NCBI GenBank assembly: GCA_002633005.1
Contig: NMRA01000252.1
Location: 341,646-405,645, forward strand
Origin: Phoronis australis
Lineage: Eukaryota; Animalia; Phoronida
Length of the DNA: 64,000 nucleotides
Direction: 5' to 3'
The number at the start of each line of letters is the position of its first letter. Positions within the stretch are counted from its first letter, which is position 1. The position numbers and the translations under genes were made by a program. A model generated the notes under the pieces. That model saw nothing but the letters and a program-made list of their open reading frames with translations. It had not been told where the DNA came from and ran no database searches. This document shows positions 1 to 9,500 of the stretch, piece by piece.

Positions 1-485
1 GAATTGTGCATTCGCCGGATTCCTCCCACGGTTGACTATTTCTGCCTCGTTTTCTCGGACTTTTTGTTTCTCGGACGTTTTTGCTCACTTCGCCAAATGG
101 GGGGCTCGTCCGACCTACCTCCCCTAACCCCCACCCCTCTAGGTGTGCGCATGTTAAGTAATTTCATTTTAAACTTTCGTAAATTGCCTGGCTTTCGAAA
201 CAAACGTTATTTCGAGGCTGCACCCGATTTTTTTAGGCCGCCCGCTCTTAGCAAGCGCCAGGAATTCGAGCCCCCCTATTTTGAAGGCCGGGTGCGCGCA
301 TGGACTGAGTACTAACAGTTGCAGCACCCCGCCAATTTGTTAATCATAACCTTAACACCTTCATAAAATTTCTGCTTTATTAGGTCGTTGTTGACCAATT
401 GCAGATGTAATTACCCGTATAGATTTCTAGATTTCTATTTTGCACTACTCTGTGATTCGTGTATATCAAAAAGTTAGGTACTCGT

Positions 486-840
486 TCTAATCTTTTTACT
501 CGAAATGAAACTCGAAATTATGTTTGGCATTCATATGTTTCTTCTCTACTTTTGTGCGAACTCAAGATAAGTTTTACTCCATGCGGAGTCCTAGTTTGCA
601 ATTGATGAACCACGCCAAGTATTACTGGGCTAAAAGTTCGAGTTTGAACTCGGAATTTCTAGTTTTCAGTCGACATTGTAGCCCAAATATAAGGGTCATC
701 AAGTGCAAACTTGGAGTAAATGGGCAAATTGTTCGAGCGGCACAGGGTACGTAGGCCTAACCGACTTGAGTTCGCACAAACGTAGCAGAGATCACTGGCC
801 AAAAATAATTTCGAGTTCGTTTCGAGTGCGAATATTAGAC
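486..840. repeat. Inverted-repeat (MITE-like) element
   Basis: actcgaaatgaaactcgaaattatgtttggc (~498) pairs with gccaaaaataatttcgagttcgtttcgagt (~798); tttgtgcgaactcaag (551) pairs with cttgagttcgcacaaa (~765). Confidence 0.7.
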
Positions 841-1102
841 TGCGGGCCCAGGTTATGTGAGAAATAACGAACACTCTGTCCTATGTTTGGCTGTGAATTC
901 CCTAGAGGGACTGGGCAGGAGACTATGACTCCCCGCCGGCCTTGCTCGCGGGTGAACTCGAGATCAAGCGTTGAAGTGTGACACTTGGACAACAGATGTC
1001 GCTGTTAGTAACGGAAGTAAAGGCTACATGTGTATGTTATCGGTGTCGGTATCCGTATCATAAGGTGCTATTTAGTTACTTAAAGCGAGTCTAGCTATCA
1101 AA

Positions 1103-2478
1103 ATGGTAAGAGTACGATTTAAGACACCACAAGCTGCTAAAAAGTTCCACATATTCACCGTGACAGGTGGCCTTCTGATTTTTTTCAGTCGCCCTTTGTA
1201 CGACTTCGTGATCACTCCAAACATGGCTAGGTATCAGCGAATCAAGACTTGGTATGGTAAGTTTGCAAAACCTGAAACATCTTTAATCCCGAACGTTGTT
1301 GCCTTATAATCTGTTGCTCACTTACCAGGCTTCTAGAAGTAATCGCCACTTTAAACACAGCTACCCAAGCTTGAATAAAATCCAATCTAGGTGCTCATCC
1401 CCTGATGGCCTGATTGGACGCTGTGGTAGTAACTGGTTCTCAAATGAATTTTAAATTTTACTCACCTTTTACCAGCTTTGTACCTTTGATTTTATGCCCC
1501 CCCCACCACAGTACAAGACATATGGTATAATATAGTGATAAAAGTACAACTTGACTAGTGACAATATGTGTGCACTGGCAATTTCATTGCTGCATGATTG
1601 AAGCCTAAGTCTATTCCAGGTTGGTCATTAAAACAGCTAAAGATCCCTGTATAAGAAACATCTTGGTCTATCACATGTCAGCAAGGCACTAAACAGCTTA
1701 ATTTCAATACATTATATTGTCGCTGCTTAGCAAGTATGGATTGTCAGTTGTGGCAGAGTAAGTGTCTGAATAGTGCATGTGACCTCGCTTATTCAGTTTT
1801 GGTTTCAGGAATTCATGTTTAAGCTTATTTACTGGAGTATTTTGGATATAAGGTGAAATAATGTCTCTACCTAAGGTGTAGTAATCAGTCCTGTTGAACA
1901 AGAGTGACAACAACTTAACAATAACTAGTGGCTGAAACTGGCCATTTCCCAGAATGCCAAAAGGTTAGCGAGAAAAACCACGCCTACTTAGTAGTACTAG
2001 GTAGACTTACTGTACATCATGGGAGTCTCCAGGTATTACTGGCAAGAGCTAAACAAAAACTGATCAAAAATTGTTGTTGGGGCAGCAAAAATGATCGAGG
2101 CAGACAGAGCAAAATGAGATATATGAAAAACATAACGTCGAGTTTACGTGAGAGTTTTACTAACAATCATGTACCATTTCACCCTAACTCAACAAGTACC
2201 AGCGCCTCTTTTGGTGAGGTGTTGCTCAAAGTCAACTACTCTCCCTAACTCAACAAGTACCAGTGCCTCTTTTGGTGAGGTTTTGCTCAAAGTCAACTAC
2301 TCTCCCTAACTCAACAAGTACCAGTGCCTCTTTTGGTGAGGTGTTGCTCAAAGTCAACTACCTTTAGTGAATGTCAATGTGTGCTGGGAGGAGATATTCA
2401 CACCTGGCTGTCTTTTCAGAAAGGCGACAAGAAAATGAAGTCAAATCGGATGAAGAGAAGACAGCTGCTGTGAAATAG
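1103..2478 (+). CDS. Two-exon 70-aa single-pass membrane microprotein, family unassigned
   Basis: Exon 1 1103-1256 (caaaATGG start context, donor G|gtaagt) plus exon 2 2420-2478 (ttttcag acceptor, TAG). Phase-1 join gives MVRVRFKTPQAAKKFHIFTVTGGLLIFFSRPLYDFVITPNMARYQRIKTWYERRQENEVKSDEEKTAAVK: basic N-terminus, one hydrophobic segment, charged tail. ETS-like acggaagt at ~1011. Confidence 0.7.
2182..2361. repeat. Tandem repeat, 61 bp x3
   Basis: ccctaactcaacaagtaccag.gcctcttttggtgagg..ttgctcaaagtcaactac at 2182, 2243, 2304. Confidence 0.95.
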
Positions 2479-2647
2479 GATGACTTTCTATATGTGGTGA
2501 GAGTGAACAGAATTGATTCTTATGATAAGTTAATTAGTGATTCGTTAGTAAGCTGTGAATTAGGAAAACTGTAGTGAGTCTGAAGAGGGTGGGGTCTATA
2601 GGTTACTATAGCGATTATTTATTACTGTCTTTTTTCTTTCCACTTAA

Positions 2648-3597
2648 AGTGTACGTAACATGACTCTAGTACCTCAAAATAAATTTTATTATTATATCTT
2701 ACTTGATTTCAGTGCCTTTAGTGCACAGCTCATAAAGAAACACGTAAAAATTGAAAAAAATAACAATTATGTACAACGTCATGGGTTGAACCCAAGTCGT
2801 TCGGCACACTGTTCGGATCAGCAACTAAGTGTATAGAGTGAAGTGAAAGTAAAGTATATTTAGCGTCGAGAAGGTTCGTAGAGGGATGAAAAGATGTGTT
2901 TGCGGAGGCTGCAGCAACAGCAGTCAGACGGAGAACGTCTCGGTGTTCCGAAGGACGCCAAAGTTGCGCAGTAGTGGCATCGTTTCGTGCGCCGAACGAG
3001 AGTGTGGGACTTCAGCGTGGACCAAGCGATTCTGTCCGGAGCCACTCTGTGTTCTGTCGAAACACTACTCCAATCAGAGGAGATGTTACGATGAAGGCCT
3101 GGTTCAATAAAGGACAATATTTACTATTCAGAAACATCGGCTCTTTATTCAGGATCGTCTGTTGGATGACTGGGTTGACTGGCCGAGCCCGAGGCCGCTT
3201 CTCTAGCGGGAGGATCCAGTTCGTAAGGCCTCAAAATAGAAAAGTACGCAGCTGAAAACATATCAAACTCGTTCTCGCTTTCGTGCAACCCCATTTCGTC
3301 ATCCTGGCCACCATTCTCGTACGTTTCTTCATAGTATTTGTTCATTTCTTGCTCATAAACGTTGTCGCTTTCAAATTCCCTACTCTCCGCCGTTATTCAA
3401 TGCTAGTCGCTGATCTCTTGTGTTCAACCCATGATGTCACATGGCGGGAAATGTGAAAATTGGCAAAATTGAAAGAGAAATCAAAATTTCGAGCTAATGA
3501 CACAAAATAATCATGGATTTGGCTAAATTTTACGTCATACATTTAGTCTGTGGCCACCGGTAATTCGAAATGTGCAAAAAGCCATGGTGTGTACTGT
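2648..3597. mobile_element. Older non-autonomous Kolobok-type element of a different family
   Basis: TTAA at 2644-2647 and 3598-3601; imperfect termini (AGTGTACGTAACATG / ACAGTACACACCATG); subterminal IR acgtcatgggttgaacccaag (~2776) vs cttgtgttcaacccatgatgt (~3417). + THAP remnant from 2886 (MKRCVCGGCSN../FPKDAKVAQ*WHRFVRRTR..LCS); - acidic KolX-like stub with RPYELDP (3145-3345). Confidence 0.7.
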
Positions 3598-3939
3598 TTA
3601 ATGTCTCAAACACCTCATGAACATTGCTAAGGCTTTTAAAATGATTAGTGTTTATTGCATGATTTTAAAGCACTTCATTCATTGCCAATTGACACAAGTT
3701 TAATCACTTGCTTTCCTTGTAAATGCATGGATGTTGAGAAGGGAATCCTTAGCAAAGCCCATCGGGTGGTTGTTATTGATTGATTTAATGTTGATGGAAC
3801 TAACAGTCGTACGTTTTGTATTCAGTAAAATTGACAATTAAAAGTTAAGACGACCAATATTGCACCAAAGAATGTGTTGATAATACAGCAACTGGAAAAG
3901 TCAGGGGAGATAATACACAACATTGCCCTCGGCAGACGA

Positions 3940-4465
3940 TTACTTTAGGGATGCGCTTGTTACCATGAGTGCCGATTCTCACTCACCTTTTCATTTACTC
4001 TTCATAAGAGGTAAAGGGTCTGTAACCATCATTCATGACATGTTGGATCACTTTCCGACAAGTCTTGTTTAATCTCGTCACTACGAGATGCAGTTCTCGA
4101 GATCATAGTGCAGGTCTTATAACCGTGGATTCCTTTGATTGACTACTCTCTAGCCTTCTGTTGGGGTCATGTCGGGGCTCATTTTCTGCGTGTTGTGTCA
4201 GAATGTCTGGAGAAAAATTTTGCAGGCAGTTGTTTGACCCCCCCAGCGGAAGGTCAGAGAGTAGCCAATCAAAGCAGTGTACGATCGTAAGATTGCCGCT
4301 GATCTTGAGAACCACAACTCATACTGACAAGATTGAACAGGGCTTTTTGGAAGGCAATCCAACATGGAGTGAATGAGGGTTACAAACCCTTTATTTCTTA
4401 TGAAGAGTAAGTGAAAAGGTGTGGAGAAATAAGCGTCCATACCTGAGATAATCCATTTTCAGACC
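3940..4465. repeat. Long diverged palindrome (old foldback/MITE)
   Basis: Reverse complement of ~3940-4169 aligns to ~4236-4465 (e.g. cttatgaagagtaa.tgaaaaggtg; gagagtag.caatcaaag). Confidence 0.75.
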
Positions 4466-5277
4466 AACACCTTATTGGCCACTTTGGTTTCAACAACTTA
4501 AGTCAAAATGTCTCTGTGTCGACATGTTTCAACAATTTTTGGATGTTGCATCTGGCATTTTGCATTTCTCTGACATTTTTAAGTTTTTATGTTAGATCAC
4601 AAGCTCCCCCTTCCGGTGAATGTTGGTCCAGCTGACCTTGTACCTTATACCAAGCTGATGAGCTTCCTGTGAATATACTGTTTATGGTGCATTATGGGTT
4701 CATAACAATGCTTTCCGTTGCTCCTGTTTATCATTTGGCTGATGTGGACAACTTAAATATTCACATACATCAACCATGACGCTATTTGTGCTACTCAACA
4801 TTGATCAAGTCTTGACGTAAATGTCAATTTGTAAACGCTACTATTGATATTGAAGAAAATTTCTTGTGCATTTGTCATTTCCTTATTAGGCTTAATATGA
4901 ACTTTATTAGCAAATGTTTGGGTCATTTGATGTTTACAGTTACGTCCTTTATATATGTATCCACATCTTATAATTCTTCCTAATCAAACATTTCCACACA
5001 ACCATCTTGTTCAAACCAATACCGTGTCTCCTTGGATTGTTTTGGGAAATGAATATATTTAGAGGTCAAACCATTATAGCTTTTGATATTCGAAGTCTCA
5101 AACATAATGCAATTTTACAGAACTGTTATTTTTGGGATCAACTATCGGTGATTTTCTTGAAAATTTTCTTTTTCAGGCGACAAACATGACATTGCGTGAC
5201 ATCACATACATGTTGTGCTTTGAGATGAAAACACATGACAGTTGTGCTGTGTGCCTCTACTGTTAGTTAATGACTAT

Positions 5278-5487
5278 TGCTGGACTGTGATTGGCTAACT
5301 ACATCAGGGTCTTGCTGGATGGTGATTGGCTAACTACATCAGGGTCTTGCTGGACTGTGATTGGTTAACTACATCAGGGTCTTGCTGGACAGTGATTGGC
5401 TAACTACATCAGGGTCTTGCTGTACGGTGATTGGCTAACTACTTAAGGGTCTTGCTGGACGGTGATTGGCTAACTACATCAGGGTCT
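5278..5487. repeat. Minisatellite, 35 bp x6
   Basis: Unit tgctggactgtgattggctaactacatcagggtct. Confidence 0.95.
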
Positions 5488-6539
5488 CACTTTACACACT
5501 AACTGTACAGGCTGCATGGACAGTTGCAAGTTATGCATTTCTGTCCTTTTAATTTGTGGTCATTCCTGCAGACTACAGCACATGGCATGAAGCAGATGCT
5601 GATATTTTGGTGAATTAACGTGTGAGCACAACGGTAGATTGAGTTGTTGCAGAGACATTGACACAATTATCCATCGTATAATTTTATCACAATTGTTGTC
5701 AAATTATTTTTACATTTAATTTTCAAAATAAACCAGACAGAATTATGTCAGAATCTTATTTCCTCGCCAGAAGCATTTAACAATTAAGTCAAAAATTTGT
5801 TGCGGTAAAATCGACTTATGTCAGACTTTACGTTTAGCATCACGTCGCTAATTGTTTATTTGTAACAGGACTTGCACGGCATGCTGTGATTTTGACATGG
5901 AGGCACCTGATAGTTATTGAGATTGAAACATATTTTAATCACAGTTTATTCTGAAAATTGCTACTTCGAAATTTGTTGAAGTATAGGTTCCTTGAAACTG
6001 TAACGAAAACAATGAACCAATGTAAACTGTTCGAAAAATAGGTTAATATTATCTTTGAAATATTGACTTTCAATGATGAGAGTAAAATATGATTCAATCA
6101 TTTTTTAGAACCAGCGTAAACTATGTAATATTCAACCTAAGCAATTGTGATCTTTTTGTTGTAAAATACAGAGTATCTGCAAGTAAAAAACAAAGTTTCT
6201 CATTTATTTTCTGAACAGAATAACTGCCATGAAAAGTGAACTTTGTTGCCAGACAAATGGCTGAGTTGCTTGAGCTCATAACTGCACATCTAGAACAACA
6301 TTACTGGCAGAACTTTGAACAAGTTAGTGGTTTGACTTATTTTTGTTCTACTGTATGATGTCCAACCCCAGCAGTCTATACCACCAATAGAGAGGGAGTC
6401 TACAGCATAAGGAGCATGTGAGCTGATCATGATTGGTCTCTGGGTCTGCTCAACTGAGCATGTCATTAACTGTAATGGTGACCAATAGAGGGAGTCTGTA
6501 ACATGATGAGCACTCTCCTGATCTTGACTGGCCGCTATA

Positions 6540-9500
6540 TTAGGCTTCATCAAATGGGTTGTCTTCATAAGTCACCAACTCTCGCTTCCCCTGCTCACCT
6601 TGACCTTTCTGAGACTTACTAGCAGCTGGAAATGAAGAATGACTTGGTCATAACATGATGAAATATTCTAACACATCACTAGGCCTGTGGGCGTCATATT
6701 CAAGTCTACATTGATTTGCTGTTATCTACAGTAACACATACTGGCATTAATTGTTCCTTCAATTAAACAAGTCTCCATGCTTAGACGATCTAGGAGTCTT
6801 GTTCGTTTGTCAAGGTTTAAAATCTAGGTTAAAAACTGTTCAGAAAAGCAATGAGTCAACCCTGTCAGTTGTGAAAAATGTGAGTTTATGAGCATACGAG
6901 GATTCTGCAGAACAGACTGAGCATAAGAGGGACAACATATGACGCTCTGTGGACTCGCTCTAACGCCGCTCGCCATGGAATAGCCTCCTGAGGTGTGAAA
7001 ATCGTTGACTAGACAATGATTGTGACAAGTTGTGAATCTATGAAGCACATCTTGTATCACATGAGGTCACTAAACAGCAACACAGGGGCATACAAACTAG
7101 TGTATGGTTGAGGTTGAATGTTCAGCACAGTATTATGCACTACGGCGTGACGTAATGGTTTATGGATTTGTTTCACCTTTACATTTTAGTGTTATTTTAT
7201 CTGTGTAATGACTGTAAACCGGATGATGATTTTGAGGAATATCGAAACGTTTTTCGTTACCTAACCTTCTCTTTATAACCTAACCAAGTACTGACATTAG
7301 TGCAAAGCGTCTTTTACCAACAATGATTTCTGTGGGGACATTGTGAAGATGTACAGACTAATGCATGATGAGAGAAACTAAAGGCAATAACAGCGTTAGT
7401 GAACTGACTCACCTATGGACGACCAAGAGCTACTTGACGGACTTGAGTCTTGGAATGGTTGGTCAAAGTTGGGCTGACGCCTAGCTAGTGACACCTTCAG
7501 GCGGATATCGGAGTGAATGACACCATTCATCTATGAGAGAATACAATACACTGGTCACATTAACCATGTTGCAGGGAACATGAATATATTCTGTCAGCCA
7601 CACTAAATAACACTAATAAATGAGAGGAAGGCTCTTGCATAAGTTAACTGTTTTGCTTTTCTTGCGACCATCCTTGACATCAGAATGTCTTGCATTTTGA
7701 CCCCTATGATGATATTCATACACTCAGTTACACCATTGCATTTATATGGCTACATAATCTACACCCTGTACATTGCACTACATTAAATCTCCACACAAGA
7801 ATGCAGAACACAGTTAACCAGCAACACTATCGCCGTCTATGGACAAAGCATTTTTCATTATACTGCAGTTACATTGGAAAATAATAATTGCAGTGAATAG
7901 CCAGGTGCCCAATACCCACCTGACTAAAATCAAAACTTCCACACCAGAGTGGTACATATATGTACTCAGTTTAGAGTACTTAATCACTACAGTATATCCA
8001 GTACACAGCACAGGTTTGAAAACGGGTGACTCACTACTCACCAGGTGGAGCGTTGTGAAGAAGCACACTACTTTTATCACCTGATCAGTCTCATGTGACC
8101 AGACTCAACAATACTTCACTAGCGCCACCTTGTGAGATCTGAATTCCTTTACAACTAATCAGCTCATTCATAAGACAACACACGTGGTATTTTCAGTTCC
8201 ACAGATTCAAGGGGCTAAGACATCCGATTGGTCTGTAAGCTGGAAGTCATAATCGAGAACCAATCAGGTGTCTTAGCCAGTTAATTAGGCGGAGTCAACA
8301 AAGTCAATCACGAGCAGCCATTATATTGTAAAATCAAGAGCAATGTAAAGTTACTATTTCTGGGCTTCATTTCTTTTGCATCTCTTTATAGAGAGTCGTC
8401 TTTTCTGAGCAGACTCTCAAAATGTCCGACTCTACATGATATGCTGTCTTGTCACATGATGACAACTTATTACCTGACAATCAACAGCTCCACCTTCTGA
8501 CTAAAATCGAATACAAGCTAAATGTGTGCCATGTCATGACATCTTGACTTAGTCAGCATACTGAGACTGATCAAGTGGATGTGTACATGTATGTGGCTCA
8601 GAGTGAAGTCAAATGATGTGATACTAACCTGCAAGATGGCGTTGTCAGCACTTTCGGTACTGTCAAATGTGACAAAGGCGCAACTGAAAACAAGGAAATT
8701 TTTTGAAGACTACTGTTTGAGTTTGCTACATTTGCACCGAATCATACCAGGGTATGATCCAGGATTTTGAGTACGGGGGGGGGAAGGGCAGAGTATTGGC
8801 CAGGATTTTGCCCATCAGATATTCGCACCCTGGAACAGCCAAATGTAATCTGGAAGAATTTTAAAGGCGAAGGCAACCTTTTTCCATGTCATTTTGAGCT
8901 AAAATAAGGTTGGTTGGTTATCCTAGACATATTTTTCACTTAATTACAGCTTTTCGTAATTTTATTAATTACTCGTCCGCTTTTCCGGAAGTGACGTTTT
9001 AGGAGGCAAGCGCTTCCCGCCACTTGGTTTTGCGTTGAGCTTACTGTGCGAATCTGTTCTATTCTACTTTTGTTTTGTGCTATTTTTCACCAATTGTCGC
9101 CACCACTTTCCATCGGCGAGTATTCTGNNNNNNNNNNNNNNNNNNNNNNNNNNNNNNNNNNNNNNNNNNNNNNNNNNNNNNNNNNNNNNNNNNNNNNNNN
9201 NNNNNNNNNNNNNNNNNNNNNNNNNNNNNNNNNNNNNNNNNNNNNNNNNNNNNNNNNNNNNNNNNNNNNNNNNNNNNNNNNNNNNNNNNNNNNNNNNNNN
9301 NNNNNNNNNNNNNNNNNNNNNNNNNNNNNNNNNNNNNNNNNNNNNNNNNNNNNNNNNNNNNNNNNNNNNNNNNNNNNNNNNNNNNNNNNNNNNNNNNNNN
9401 NNNNNNNNNNNNNNNNNNNNNNNNNNNNNNNNNNNNNNNNNNNNNNNNNNNNNNNNNNNNNNNNNNNNNNNNNNNNNNNNNNNNNNNNNNNNNNNNNNNN

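Noticed and set aside
1-305. ORF 4-315
   Set aside because: Non-ATG start; the poly-C/G tracts and terminal sequence look like a MITE end cut by the window edge, so boundaries cannot be established.
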